Shown here: positions 47,945 to 58,654 of the stretch, one piece after another | How positions within the stretch are numbered: the stretch's first letter is position 1 | How the letters are laid out: each line of letters starts with the position of its first letter | Assembly: GCA_964410735.1 (NCBI GenBank) | Contig: CAYPIF010000107.1 | Location: 6,656-70,655 of the forward strand | DNA length: 64,000 nucleotides | Direction of reading: 5' to 3' | Origin: an uncultured Thermoplasmatales archaeon | GTDB taxonomy: Archaea > Thermoplasmatota > E2 > DHVEG-1 | Position numbers and translations under genes: made by a program | The notes under the pieces: generated by a model | The model's database searches: none | Told to the model about the DNA's origin: nothing | Seen by the model: only the letters and a program-made list of their open reading frames with translations

Positions 47945-49111
47945 TTACCTTAAAAGATTGCCAGCGATGACCATCTTTTGTACTTCAGAGGTACCTTCAT
48001 AGATCTCCGTTATCTTTGCATCTCGGAACAACCTTTCAATGGTATATTCCTTGGTGTACCCATATCCACCATGGATCTGTACTCCTTTAATGACACAATC
48101 CATAGCGGTCTCTGATGCAAAGAGTTTTGCCATAGCAGCTTCCTTACTATATCGTTCTCCGGAATCTTTTTTGTATGCCGCATTATATGCAAGGAATCGA
48201 GCTGCTTCGATACGTGTTGCCATTTCTGCTATCATCCATTGGATAGCTTGGAATTTAGCTATCGGTCTTCCAAATTGCTGTCGCTGTTTTGAATACTCGA
48301 TACATTCATCAAGCGCTGCTTGAGCGATTCCAACCGCTTGACATGCGATACCAATTCGACCACCGTCAAGTGCACTTAATGCTATTTTGAAGCCGTCGCC
48401 TTCTTTCCCAAGAAGGTTTTCCTGTGGAACTTCAAGATTATCAAAGATAATTTCCGATACAAGGTTTGCGTTGATCCCCATTTTATCAAAAACACTTCCA
48501 ACCTTGAAACCTTTCATGGTGTTTTCGACAATGAACGCGCTGATACCATGAGAACCAGCTGATTTATCTGTTACTGCAAAGGCAATGAAAATACCTGCTT
48601 TTGGACCACTTGTGATAAAGGTCTTATCACCATTTATAATGTATTTATTACCCTTTAACACCGCCGTGGTCTGCATTGCACCAAGATCTGATCCTGCGTT
48701 TGGTTCAGTCCCAGCAAATGCACCTATCTGTTCACCTTTTGCAAGTATCGGTAGGTATTTCTTCTTTTGTTCCTCATTACCATATTTCATGATGGGCCAT
48801 GCAGTCAATGAATTATGAACCGATGTGATGACGCCTGTTGAAGCACATTTTCTGGATATCTCCTCTATAACAGTTGCATAACTGACGATATCAAGACCAG
48901 CCCCACCATATTCAGTTGGTATAATAATCCCAAGAAGCCCAAGTTTTGCCATTTTTTTAAGTGTCTCTGTTGGATACTCTGATTTCTCATCGAGTTTAGC
49001 AGCAATTGGTGCAATCTCCTTTTCTGCGAATTCCCGGACCATTTTCTGTATCATTTTTTGTTGATCATTAAGTTCCAATTTCATGGGGTTTCGAATATAG
49101 TTTTGAAACAT
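47945..49111 (-). CDS. acyl-CoA dehydrogenase (short/branched-chain type)
   Basis: 388 aa. 'GSDLGAMQTTA', C-terminal 'IYEGTSEVQKMVIA'. Possible later start at 49084. Confidence 0.9.
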   Translation of the reverse strand: MFQNYIRNPMKLELNDQQKMIQKMVREFAEKEIAPIAAKLDEKSEYPTETLKKMAKLGLLGIIIPTEYGGAGLDIVSYATVIEEISRKCASTGVITSVHNSLTAWPIMKYGNEEQKKKYLPILAKGEQIGAFAGTEPNAGSDLGAMQTTAVLKGNKYIINGDKTFITSGPKAGIFIAFAVTDKSAGSHGISAFIVENTMKGFKVGSVFDKMGINANLVSEIIFDNLEVPQENLLGKEGDGFKIALSALDGGRIGIACQAVGIAQAALDECIEYSKQRQQFGRPIAKFQAIQWMIAEMATRIEAARFLAYNAAYKKDSGERYSKEAAMAKLFASETAMDCVIKGVQIHGGYGYTKEYTIERLFRDAKITEIYEGTSEVQKMVIAGNLLR

Positions 49112-49190
49112 AAAGCTTTCTATATTATATTCGACAATTTAAGGAAAGAAATATAACAAACAAGTCGTTTCACATGCTGGGGAGATCACA

Positions 49191-49709
49191 GTGAAAAAAG
49201 GGTATGTCCATGTGTATACCGGCAATGGCAAAGGCAAAACAACCGCGGCTCTTGGACTTGGTCTGCGGGCTGCAGGGGCAGGGTTTAAAGTTCACATGAT
49301 TCAATTCATGAAAGGAAGAAGGTATAGCGAGATCGATAGTCTTGAGCATATTGCAAATTTTTCTGTTTCTCAGCATGGCCGAGATGAATTTGTAAACAAG
49401 GAAGATCCTGAGCCCATTGACATTCAGTTAGCACAAGAAGGTTTTTCCAAAGCTAAAAAATTGATAGCTGATAACAAATATGATATGATTATTCTTGATG
49501 AGATCAATGTTGCTGTCGATTTTAAACTGATAGATTTGGAGGATGTTTTAAATCTTGTAAGGGAAAAGCCTGAAAAACTTGAACTTGTTCTCACTGGTCG
49601 TTATGCTACACCAGAAATTGTGAAAAATGCGGATTATGTTTCAGAGGTTCTAGAGATTAAACATCCATACCAAAACGGATTACTGGGCAGAAAAGGAGTT
49701 GAGTTCTAG
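49191..49709 (+). CDS. cob(I)alamin adenosyltransferase (CobA/BtuR family)
   Basis: 172 aa. P-loop 'GNGKGKTTAALGLGLRA'. GTG start with GGGGAGA SD. Confidence 0.8.
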   Translation: MKKGYVHVYTGNGKGKTTAALGLGLRAAGAGFKVHMIQFMKGRRYSEIDSLEHIANFSVSQHGRDEFVNKEDPEPIDIQLAQEGFSKAKKLIADNKYDMIILDEINVAVDFKLIDLEDVLNLVREKPEKLELVLTGRYATPEIVKNADYVSEVLEIKHPYQNGLLGRKGVEF

Positions 49710-49726
49710 ATCAAGAGGCGGATCAT

Positions 49727-51403
49727 ATGTTTGACAAAAAAAAACTGGAACAGATAAAGAAACAAAGGGAAGAGTGGGAAAAAAATCACTATGAACCTTT
49801 GATAAAAAAGCATCCTGAACGTCGGGAACGATTTGAGAATCTGTCTAACAATGAGATCAAAAAAATATACACACCTGAGGATATAGGTGATTTAGATTAC
49901 ATTAAGGACATTGGTTTCCCAAGCCAACCTCCGTTTCTACGAGGCATCCATGCAACAATGCACCGTGGACGACTCTGGACCATGCGTCAATTCGCAGGTT
50001 TCGGATCTGCTGAAGAGACCAATGAACGATACAAATACCTCCTTGATCATGGTGAGACAGGTCTGAGCGTTGCTTTTGATTATCCTACCTTGTATGGGTA
50101 TGATACTGATCATCCAATGTCTCGAGGTGAGTTTGGAAAATGTGGCGTGGCAATAAGCAGTCTTAAGGATATGGAGATACTCTTTGATGGCATCCCTATT
50201 GATAAGATCACAACATCTATGACGATTAATGGGCCCGCTGCCATCGTCTGGGCATTCTATATCGCTAATGCTGAGAACCGGGGGATATCTAAAGATATCA
50301 TAGGGGGAACTATTCAAAATGATATTTTAAAAGAATATATCGCTCAGAAAAGCTATATTTTCCCACCAGAACCATCCATGCGTCTCATTGTGGATACCTT
50401 TGAATATGGTTCGAAATATGTTCCCCGCTGGAACACCATTAGTATCTCTGGGTATCATATTAGAGAGGCTGGTTCCACCGCTGTTCAGGAACTCGCGTTC
50501 ACTGTGGGTGATGGAGTTGAATATGTGAAATGGGCGATGGAACGTGGGTTGAACATCGATGATTTCGCGCCACGGTTAAGTTTCTTTTTCAATGCGCATA
50601 ATGATCTTTTCGAAGAGATAGCAAAGTATCGTGCTGCTCGGAGGATCTGGGCAAAGGAACTAAAAAAGCTTGGTGCGAAGAAACCTCGAAGTATGCTCAT
50701 GCGTTTTCATACTCAAACCGCTGGTTGTTCCTTGACAGCTCAACAACCAGAGATCAACATCGTTCGTGTTACCTTACAGGCATTAGCTGCGGTCCTGGGT
50801 GGAACTCAGTCATTACATACAAACTCTATGGATGAAGCTCTTGCGCTCCCCTCTGAAAAAGCGGTGCGTATCGCATTGAGGACCCAACAGATCATTGCAG
50901 AGGAAAGTGGTATAACTGATACCATTGATCCTTTAGGTGGTAGTTATTATATTGAATGGCTCACCAATGAGATGGAGGAGCAGACATACAAATACTGGGA
51001 TAGGGTTGAGAAACTTGGCGGTGTGCTCGCTGCCATTGAAAAAGGATTCTATCAACGGGAGATAGCTGCTGCGGCGTACAAATATCAAAAAGAGATCGAT
51101 AACAAAAAACGTGTTATCGTTGGTGTCAATGAGTATAAGGCCGATGAAGCAGTGGATATACCGATCCTTAAGATGGATGAAAAAGGTGAAGAACGTCAGA
51201 TAAAACGTCTGAACAAACTCAAGAAAGAGAGAAATAATCAGAAGGTACAACATAATCTTGATGAGTTACGAAAGATCGCTGAAACTAAGGGTAATATGAT
51301 GCCTGCCATCTTGGATTGTGTTCATAGTTATGCGACACTCGGTGAAACCTGTCAGGTGTTACGTGATGTGTTCGGCGAATATGAGGAACCTGCGATTTAT
51401 TGA
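49727..51403 (+). CDS. methylmalonyl-CoA mutase, catalytic (large) subunit
   Basis: 558 aa. TIM-barrel substrate domain 'FAGFGSAEETNERYKYLL', 'TISISGYHIREAGS'. Confidence 0.9.
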   Translation: MFDKKKLEQIKKQREEWEKNHYEPLIKKHPERRERFENLSNNEIKKIYTPEDIGDLDYIKDIGFPSQPPFLRGIHATMHRGRLWTMRQFAGFGSAEETNERYKYLLDHGETGLSVAFDYPTLYGYDTDHPMSRGEFGKCGVAISSLKDMEILFDGIPIDKITTSMTINGPAAIVWAFYIANAENRGISKDIIGGTIQNDILKEYIAQKSYIFPPEPSMRLIVDTFEYGSKYVPRWNTISISGYHIREAGSTAVQELAFTVGDGVEYVKWAMERGLNIDDFAPRLSFFFNAHNDLFEEIAKYRAARRIWAKELKKLGAKKPRSMLMRFHTQTAGCSLTAQQPEINIVRVTLQALAAVLGGTQSLHTNSMDEALALPSEKAVRIALRTQQIIAEESGITDTIDPLGGSYYIEWLTNEMEEQTYKYWDRVEKLGGVLAAIEKGFYQREIAAAAYKYQKEIDNKKRVIVGVNEYKADEAVDIPILKMDEKGEERQIKRLNKLKKERNNQKVQHNLDELRKIAETKGNMMPAILDCVHSYATLGETCQVLRDVFGEYEEPAIY

Positions 51404-51415
51404 GGTGAAAGAAAT

Positions 51416-51814
51416 ATGGTTGAAAGAAAGATACGAGTTCTTGTAGCAAAACCAGGTCTTGATGGACATGACCGTGGCGCAAAGATCGTTGCCCGTGCCC
51501 TTCGTGATGCTGGTATGGAGGTCATCTATACTGGGCTTCATCAAACAGCAGATATGATCGTTGAAGCAGCGATACAGGAGGATGTGGATGTGGTTGGTCT
51601 AAGTTTACTCTCAGGTGCACATATGACCCTTTTTGTTGATGTTGCTAAGCTTTTGAAGAAAAAAGGACTCGCTGACGTATTGATCGTTGGTGGTGGGATC
51701 ATCCCTGACGAGGATATTCCAAGGTTGCAAAATGAGGGCATCTCTACAGTTTTCGGACCAGGCACCCCAACTGAGAAAATCGTTGAATATATCCAGAAGA
51801 ATGTGAAACGATGA
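51416..51814 (+). CDS. methylmalonyl-CoA mutase B12-binding subunit
   Basis: 132 aa. 'GLDGHDRG' DxHxxG cobalamin motif. Split archaeal-type arrangement. Confidence 0.9.
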   Translation: MVERKIRVLVAKPGLDGHDRGAKIVARALRDAGMEVIYTGLHQTADMIVEAAIQEDVDVVGLSLLSGAHMTLFVDVAKLLKKKGLADVLIVGGGIIPDEDIPRLQNEGISTVFGPGTPTEKIVEYIQKNVKR

Positions 51815-52752
51815 ATGATATTGTCCAAAAGGTCCTCGAGGGAGATCAACGAAGTATCGCCAGGTTGATCACATTAGCTGAGAACAATGATGAGATCGCT
51901 ACAAAAGCGATGAAACAGATCCACCCACATACTGGTCATGCACAGGTCATAGGGATAACTGGTGTGATGGGTTCTGGGAAGAGCACTCTTATTTGTGAAC
52001 TGACGCGGTTATATAGAAAACAAGGCAAGACCGTTGGTATCATCGCTATTGATCCAACGAGCCCATTCAGTGGAGGCGCACTTCTTGGAGACAGGGTCCG
52101 GATGATGGAACTTGCCATGGATAATGGCGTGTTCATTCGAAGTATGGGCACTCGGGGGATGCTTGGTGGGCTCACTAGTGCCGTGTATGATGTCGTGGAG
52201 ATACTAGATGCATCAGGCAAGGATGTTGTCATTGTTGAAACGGTTGGTGTTGGTCAGGCAGAAGTAGATATCATCAAAATCGCTGATACCACTCTTGTTG
52301 TTGTAGTACCCGGTCTTGGTGATAGTATACAAACATTGAAAGCTGGTGTAATGGAGATCGCTGATATCTATGTGGTAAACAAAGCGGATAGACCAGGGGT
52401 TGACAATACAGTTGCGGAAGTAGAAAGCCTTGTGGATATCACCTGTTCAGGAAAGGACAGGCAGATACCGGTTCTTTCAACGATCGCGAAACAAAGCAAG
52501 GGTATTGATACACTTTTAAACGAGATCGATAATCATAGAACGTATCTAGAAAAGACCAATGTTTTTGAAAAACAAAGAAGACTTCGTTATGAGGCTGAGC
52601 TTATTGAGATCATCCGGAAACGTTTGATGAGCTTTATCTTTGATGAGAGTTCAGTGAAGGAACGAATCGATGTACTTCTTGATAATATCAAGGAGAAAAA
52701 AACAGATCCGTATACTGCTGCTGATGAGATCCTTGGAAAGATATTAAAATAA
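51811..52752 (+). CDS. meaB: methylmalonyl-CoA mutase-associated GTPase MeaB/ArgK
   Basis: 313 aa. P-loop 'GVMGSGKST', 'VETVGVGQ', 'NKAD'. Confidence 0.9.
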   Translation: MNDIVQKVLEGDQRSIARLITLAENNDEIATKAMKQIHPHTGHAQVIGITGVMGSGKSTLICELTRLYRKQGKTVGIIAIDPTSPFSGGALLGDRVRMMELAMDNGVFIRSMGTRGMLGGLTSAVYDVVEILDASGKDVVIVETVGVGQAEVDIIKIADTTLVVVVPGLGDSIQTLKAGVMEIADIYVVNKADRPGVDNTVAEVESLVDITCSGKDRQIPVLSTIAKQSKGIDTLLNEIDNHRTYLEKTNVFEKQRRLRYEAELIEIIRKRLMSFIFDESSVKERIDVLLDNIKEKKTDPYTAADEILGKILK

Positions 52753-52762
52753 AAAAATGGGG

Positions 52763-52782
52763 AAAGATGATTACTCATCTTT
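52763..52782. terminator. stem-loop AAAGATGA-TTAC-TCATCTTT between convergent meaB and a crotonase gene
   Basis: 8-bp perfect inverted repeat. The loop contains the crotonase stop codon. An A-rich run lies on the meaB side. Confidence 0.3.
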
Positions 52783-53550
52783 GAAGTTTGGTTTACGTTT
52801 CTCAAGGAATGCACCCATTCCTTCTTTTTGATCATGGGTGGAGAAACTTGTCGAGAAGTATAATATTTCTAGACTACAGGCACTGGTAAGATCAACATGT
52901 GATCCTTTATTGACCAATGCTTTGATAAACGATATCTGCACCGCGGATTTACTTGCGATGTTCTTTGCAAGTGTCTCTACTTCATCCATAAGTGATCCAT
53001 CATCGACGATCTTATTGACAAGACCAATGTCCAATGCTTCTTGCGCATCGATGTTTCGCCCAGTGAGGAGAAGTTCTTTTGCTTTCATCAGACCGACGAT
53101 ACGGGGCAGACGTTGTGTTCCACCAAACCCTGGGTTGATACCAAGGTTGATCTCTGGTTGGCCGATCTTTGCGTTTGTTGATGCGATACAGATATCACAG
53201 GACATCATCACCTCACAGCCACCACCAAGAGCATACCCATTGACCGCTGCGATGAAGGGAAGGCGTGACTCCTCGATCTTCACCGGCAGACTATGACCAA
53301 GTTCAGCAAATTCCTTTGCTTCTAGCGGCGTCATATCCTTCATCTGTTTGATATCCGCTCCTGCGATGAACGCTTTACCTTCACCAGTGAGTATCGCTGC
53401 TTTGATCTTTTTATCATCCTCAAGTTCAGAGACCGCGTTGAGAAGTTCACGTATTGTCTCTTTATTCAAAGCGTTAAGGACATTTGGCCGGTTGATTTTG
53501 ATGATACCAACAGTATCTTTTTTTTCAACGATGATGTTCTTGTATGTCAT
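52771..53550 (-). CDS. enoyl-CoA hydratase (crotonase; 3-hydroxybutyryl-CoA dehydratase-like)
   Basis: 259 aa. 'FIAGADIKQM', 'GYALGGGCEVMMSCDI'. Confidence 0.85.
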   Translation of the reverse strand: MTYKNIIVEKKDTVGIIKINRPNVLNALNKETIRELLNAVSELEDDKKIKAAILTGEGKAFIAGADIKQMKDMTPLEAKEFAELGHSLPVKIEESRLPFIAAVNGYALGGGCEVMMSCDICIASTNAKIGQPEINLGINPGFGGTQRLPRIVGLMKAKELLLTGRNIDAQEALDIGLVNKIVDDGSLMDEVETLAKNIASKSAVQISFIKALVNKGSHVDLTSACSLEILYFSTSFSTHDQKEGMGAFLEKRKPNFKDE

Positions 53551-53561
53551 ACTCCTTTCAC

Positions 53562-54425
53562 CTATTTAGAATAATCATAGAATCCTTTTCCTGTTTTCCT
53601 ACCGAGGTAGCCTGCTTGTACCATTTTTTTCAGCAGCGGATTAGGACGGTATTTCGAATCATTGAATCCTTCATAGAGAACGGTCATAATGTTCAACACG
53701 ACATCAAGTCCAATAAGATCAGCAAGGGCAAGGGGGCCCATAGGATGGTTCATCCCTAGTTTCATGACCTGATCAATGTTCTCCGCAGCCCCAATTCCTT
53801 CATTGAGACAGGTGATGGCTTCATTGATCATTGGCATGAGCAGTCGGTTGCTAACAAAACCGGGTCCATCATTGACCTCAACAGGTATCTTTCCCATGTT
53901 CTCTGAGAGCTCATGGATGAGTTTGGCGGTCTTATCATCTGTCCGTAGTCCACGGATGACCTCTACTAGTTTCATCAAAGGTACCGGGTTCATGAAATGC
54001 ATACCGATGAATTGCTCAGGCCGTTGTGTAACTGAAGCTAGATCGGTTATTGGTATCGTGCTTGTGTTGCTAGCAAGGATGCAGTCTTTTTTACAGATAC
54101 CATCGAGCTCTTTGAACAGATCCTTTTTTACTTGAACGTTTTCAAAGATGGCTTCGATGATAAGGTCCACATCTTTCATATCTGACAACTTGGTCGTTGT
54201 TTTGATATGACCTAGTATCTTTGTTTTTTCATCCACGCTCATTTTTCCTTTTTCAATGCTTTTATCAAGGAATTTTTCGATCTTTGAAAGGCCTTTTTTC
54301 ACGTATTCCTCTTTTATATCACGTAGGATGACATCAAATCCTGCTTGTGCAGAGACAAGAGCGATACCATGGCCCATTTGTCCTGCACCAATTACTCCAA
54401 TTTTTTTAACAGCCATTTTTTCCAC
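53562..54425 (-). CDS. 3-hydroxyacyl-CoA (3-hydroxybutyryl-CoA) dehydrogenase
   Basis: 287 aa. Rossmann '[14 protein letters not shown]', C-terminal dimerisation domain. Confidence 0.9.
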   Translation of the reverse strand: MEKMAVKKIGVIGAGQMGHGIALVSAQAGFDVILRDIKEEYVKKGLSKIEKFLDKSIEKGKMSVDEKTKILGHIKTTTKLSDMKDVDLIIEAIFENVQVKKDLFKELDGICKKDCILASNTSTIPITDLASVTQRPEQFIGMHFMNPVPLMKLVEVIRGLRTDDKTAKLIHELSENMGKIPVEVNDGPGFVSNRLLMPMINEAITCLNEGIGAAENIDQVMKLGMNHPMGPLALADLIGLDVVLNIMTVLYEGFNDSKYRPNPLLKKMVQAGYLGRKTGKGFYDYSK

Positions 54426-55604
54426 CTACCGTTCAACGACCATGGATACAGCGTTTCCGCCTCCAAGGCATATTGTTGCGAGTCCCCGTTTCTTATTCAT
54501 TCTGTTCATAGCATGCATAAGGGTCACAAGGATCCTTGATCCACTGCAACCAATAGGATGACCAAGAGCAACTGCGCCACCATGGACATTGAATTTTTCT
54601 TTTGGTATCTTGAAATACTTCATCACCGCAAGTGATGCACTGGAAAACGCTTCGTTATGTTCAACAAGATCAATATCTTTGATCGTAAGTTTCATCTTTT
54701 TCAGAAGAGCATCCACACCAGGTAAGGGTGCTTCCATCACTAGCTCCGGTTTAACCCCTGAGGTGTTGTAGCCTTTGATGGTCACCATTGGCTTGATCCC
54801 CATCTCTTTAGCTTTTTCTTTGCTCATGAGAATTGTTGCACTGGCACCATCTGTTATCTGTGATGCATTCCCCGCAGTGACCACGCCATCCTTTTTGAAG
54901 AATGGTTTGAGTTTTGCTAGACTTTCAGCGGTTGTACCATAGCGGATACCTTCATCCTTATCAAAGAGTATCGGGTCCTTTTTCTTCTGTGGTATCTCAA
55001 CCGGAAGAATCTCATCTTTAAACCATCCGTTCTCTGTTGCCTTCTCTGCCTTCTGATGACTTGACGCTGCGAACTCATCACAATCCTGTCGAGTGATATC
55101 GTTTCGCTCAGCAACGATCTCCCCCGTGTTGCCCATATGGAAATCATTGTAGATGTCCCATAATCCATCATTGACCATAAGATCTACTATCTTAGCATCA
55201 AACATCCTTGCCCCATACCGTGCCTTTGGAATGCTATACGGTACATTGCTCATGCTTTCCATACCACCAGCTACAACGATATCTGCATCATCACATTTGA
55301 TAGCCTGTGCAGCAAGCACCACGGCCTTTAATGAGGATCCACAGACCTTATCCACATGCAAGGCTCCTGCCTCATAGGGTATTCCCGCTCCGATCGCTGC
55401 TTGCCGGGCAACATTTTGACCGAGGCCCGCGGGGACAACACAGCCCATGATGACCTCATCAACATCTTTTGCTGTTATCCCTGCTTTCTCAACGGCTCCT
55501 TTGATAGCTATGCTTCCCAGCTGTGGCGCAGAAAAATCCTTTAATGCTCCTGAAAATTTCCCTTGTGCTATTCTCACACCGGATACTATTACGACATCTT
55601 TCAT
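54426..55604 (-). CDS. acetyl-CoA C-acetyltransferase (thiolase II)
   Basis: 392 aa. Active-site Cys in 'KVCGSSLKA'. C-terminal 'GHPIGCSG', 'CLGGGNAV'. Confidence 0.9.
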   Translation of the reverse strand: MKDVVIVSGVRIAQGKFSGALKDFSAPQLGSIAIKGAVEKAGITAKDVDEVIMGCVVPAGLGQNVARQAAIGAGIPYEAGALHVDKVCGSSLKAVVLAAQAIKCDDADIVVAGGMESMSNVPYSIPKARYGARMFDAKIVDLMVNDGLWDIYNDFHMGNTGEIVAERNDITRQDCDEFAASSHQKAEKATENGWFKDEILPVEIPQKKKDPILFDKDEGIRYGTTAESLAKLKPFFKKDGVVTAGNASQITDGASATILMSKEKAKEMGIKPMVTIKGYNTSGVKPELVMEAPLPGVDALLKKMKLTIKDIDLVEHNEAFSSASLAVMKYFKIPKEKFNVHGGAVALGHPIGCSGSRILVTLMHAMNRMNKKRGLATICLGGGNAVSMVVER

Positions 55605-55725
55605 GTATTCAAGCCTCCTCCTATTAGAAAAGTAAGTGTGCTAATGAGTAAACTATTTAAAATCTTTTTCAAAAAAATGTGAACAAGGTTTCAAAAAGAA
55701 AAAAAGGAAAAGAGCTTTGATACAT

Positions 55726-57369
55726 TCAGCTCTTACGGAGTTCTCTACGGAGTATCTTTCCCGAGATTGTTTTTGGAAGTTCATCAGCGTATTCAATGAT
55801 ACGAGGATATTTGTAAGGTGCAGTGGTTGTTTTTACATGTTCCTGCAGTTCCTTTGTAAGTGCATCTGATGGTTTGTATCCTTTTGCAAGGACGACAAAT
55901 GCTTTTACGACGATTCCCCGAACACCCTTAGGATCTGTTGCACCGACCACGGCGCATTCTGCCACCGCATCATGCTCGATGAGAGCGGATTCTACTTCAA
56001 ATGGTCCAATACGATATCCAGATGATTTGATGACATCATCATCACGACCCACGAACCAGAAATATCCATCTTGATCCTTGTAACCCCTGTCACCGGTATA
56101 GTAATACTCTCCACGGAACGCTCGTTTCATGATATCCTCATCTTTCCAGTATTCCTTGAAAAGCCCTGGAGGTCGTGTCTTCCCGATATATAAGGCGATG
56201 TTACCTTCTTCCTCAGGTGAAAGTTCTTTACCATCATCATCAACGATACGGACATCATGACCCGGTGTTGGTTTACCAACAGATCCATATTTAATCTTCA
56301 TGAAAGGATAGTTAGAGAGGACACAAACGGTCTCCGTTTGACCATAGAAATCATATATCTCAAGTCCAAACGCCTTTTTCCATACACGGATGACCTCAGG
56401 GTTCAATGGTTCACCTGCACTCATAGAATGTCGGAGTTTCAGATCATATTTTGAAAGATCCATCTGTATCAATAATCGATACACGGTTGGTGGTGCACAG
56501 AAGGAGGTGACACCATATCTTTCCATTGCTCGCAGTAATCCATCAGGGTCAAATCGTCCAGGGGTCTCCCATTGGATGACTGCTGCACCAGCGATCATTT
56601 GACCAAAAAGTTTGCCCCATGCAGCTTTTGCCCAGCCGGTCTCTGACACAGTCCAATGAAGATCTTTATCACTGAGTGCTTGTGCAAATCGTGCAGTGAC
56701 CTCATGTCCAAGTGGATAGCTATGGGTATGAAGAACCATTTTTGGATGACCTGTTGTTCCCGATGTGAAATAGATAAGCATGGGATCTGATGATTTGGTC
56801 TTCTCAATTTTATCTTTATCTAATGAAGATGTTACCTCGACCATCTCTTCATCGTAATTATACCATCCTGATCGTTTTCCATCCACAAGCATCAGGTGTT
56901 TAAGTGTTGGACACTTGGCTTTTACCGAGTCAACACTATCCGCATGGTCCATATCAGTTAGTATCATCGTTGCCTCAGCACGATTTATTCGAAACTCGAT
57001 ATCTTTACCTGTGAGAAGCACGGTCCCTGGCATTGGTATGACACCTAATTTGAACATACCAATAAGAGCGATATACCATTCAGGGATGCTCTGAAGGATA
57101 ACAAGTACTCGATCTCCTTTTTTGAGACCTATTTTCTGAAGCATTGCCGCAAAACGATCTGATGACCGGCTGAGATCATAAAAGGTATGATATCGATCAT
57201 GCTTACCCGTTCGATCTATTGATATAAGGGCTAGCTTTGTTCGATCCTCTGCCCATTTATCAACGACATCGAACCCAAAATTGTAGTATTTTGGGACTTC
57301 CCATTTGAAGTTCTTGTAAAGTTCATCGTAATTCTTTATCTGTTCTATTGTTTTGGCTTTCTCAGTCAT
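55726..57369 (-). CDS. AMP-forming acyl-CoA synthetase (paralog of 46270-47913)
   Basis: 547 aa. 'FTSGTTGHPKM', 'GYRIGPFEVES', 'PKTISGKILRR'. Confidence 0.85.
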   Translation of the reverse strand: MTEKAKTIEQIKNYDELYKNFKWEVPKYYNFGFDVVDKWAEDRTKLALISIDRTGKHDRYHTFYDLSRSSDRFAAMLQKIGLKKGDRVLVILQSIPEWYIALIGMFKLGVIPMPGTVLLTGKDIEFRINRAEATMILTDMDHADSVDSVKAKCPTLKHLMLVDGKRSGWYNYDEEMVEVTSSLDKDKIEKTKSSDPMLIYFTSGTTGHPKMVLHTHSYPLGHEVTARFAQALSDKDLHWTVSETGWAKAAWGKLFGQMIAGAAVIQWETPGRFDPDGLLRAMERYGVTSFCAPPTVYRLLIQMDLSKYDLKLRHSMSAGEPLNPEVIRVWKKAFGLEIYDFYGQTETVCVLSNYPFMKIKYGSVGKPTPGHDVRIVDDDGKELSPEEEGNIALYIGKTRPPGLFKEYWKDEDIMKRAFRGEYYYTGDRGYKDQDGYFWFVGRDDDVIKSSGYRIGPFEVESALIEHDAVAECAVVGATDPKGVRGIVVKAFVVLAKGYKPSDALTKELQEHVKTTTAPYKYPRIIEYADELPKTISGKILRRELRKS

Positions 57370-57393
57370 ACATTTTTCCTCTTCATTCTTGTT

Positions 57394-58554
57394 TTATAAA
57401 CCTAATTGACGAGCGATGACCATCTTTTGTACTTCAGATGTTCCCTCGCCTATCTGACATAATTTAACATCACGGTAAAATCGTTCCAAGGGGTATTCAC
57501 GCATGTACCCATTGCCCCCAAAGATCTGCATCGCTTTGACTGTTGCATTCATTGCTATCTCTGATGCATAGTATTTTGCCATCGCTGCTTCTTTTGTGAA
57601 GCGGATGTTTTGATCCTCCATGTGCGCCGCTCTATGGACAAGGAGCCGAGCTGCATCGATCTGTGTGGCCATGTCAGCGATCATCCATTGGATAGCTTGG
57701 TTCTTCCCGATAGGTTTTCCAAACTGTTGACGTTGTTTTGCATATTCCAAACTTTCTTCCAAAGCACCACGAGCGATACCTACGCTCATCGCACCGATAG
57801 CGGTTCGCCCTCGATCCAGGATATTCATCGCACCAATGAAACCGTTTCCCACTGTATCAAGAAGATTTTCTTTAGGTATCCGACAATCCTCTAAAATGAT
57901 CTCAGCGGTATGACTCCCTCGAAGACCAAGTTTATCTTCTAATTGCCCTACATTGTATCCAGGTGTTCCTTGTTCCACGATAAATGCACTGATCCCTTTT
58001 GCACCCTGTGTCTTATCTGTTTTTGCCATGACCGTTGTGACCAATGCGATATCCCCACTTGTAATGAATTGTTTTGTTCCATTGAGCACCCATTCATCCC
58101 CATCAAGAACCGCTGTTGTCTGTAATGATGCTGCATCTGACCCTGCATTTGGTTCGCTTAATGCCCAGGCAGCTATCCCATCACCATTGAGCAGTTTGGG
58201 AAGATATTTCTTTCGTTGTTCTTCGGTTCCTTTCTCATAGATGTGTCCTACGCCAAGGCTGTTATGCGCTTCGAGCGTTAATCCGGTTGATCCGCAATAT
58301 CGGGATATCTCCTCTAGGGCTATCATGTAACTGATCCTATCAATACCGGAACCACCATATGCTTGTGGCACGGTCATTCCCATAAGTCCCATGGCACCCA
58401 TTTTCTTGTAGAGTTTTTTTGGGAAATACTCTTCTTTATCGATCTTTGATGCTAATGGTTTGAGTTCTTTCTCACAAAATTCATGTACCGTTTTTTGGAA
58501 CAATTTTTGTTCGGAGGTAAGGTTAAAATCCACTGAAATCACCATCCCCGTCAT
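57394..58554 (-). CDS. acyl-CoA dehydrogenase (paralog of 47945-49111)
   Basis: 386 aa. 'GSDAASLQTTA', 'IGEGTSEVQKMVIA'. Confidence 0.9.
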   Translation of the reverse strand: MTGMVISVDFNLTSEQKLFQKTVHEFCEKELKPLASKIDKEEYFPKKLYKKMGAMGLMGMTVPQAYGGSGIDRISYMIALEEISRYCGSTGLTLEAHNSLGVGHIYEKGTEEQRKKYLPKLLNGDGIAAWALSEPNAGSDAASLQTTAVLDGDEWVLNGTKQFITSGDIALVTTVMAKTDKTQGAKGISAFIVEQGTPGYNVGQLEDKLGLRGSHTAEIILEDCRIPKENLLDTVGNGFIGAMNILDRGRTAIGAMSVGIARGALEESLEYAKQRQQFGKPIGKNQAIQWMIADMATQIDAARLLVHRAAHMEDQNIRFTKEAAMAKYYASEIAMNATVKAMQIFGGNGYMREYPLERFYRDVKLCQIGEGTSEVQKMVIARQLGL

Positions 58555-58654
58555 ATTGTAATCCTAAAAAAAGCTTTAGGTAAACGTATACGGCAGAAGC
58601 CGATAAGATATAGTTGCAACAGATATCATACGGTACATTTATTGAATGCAAGGA

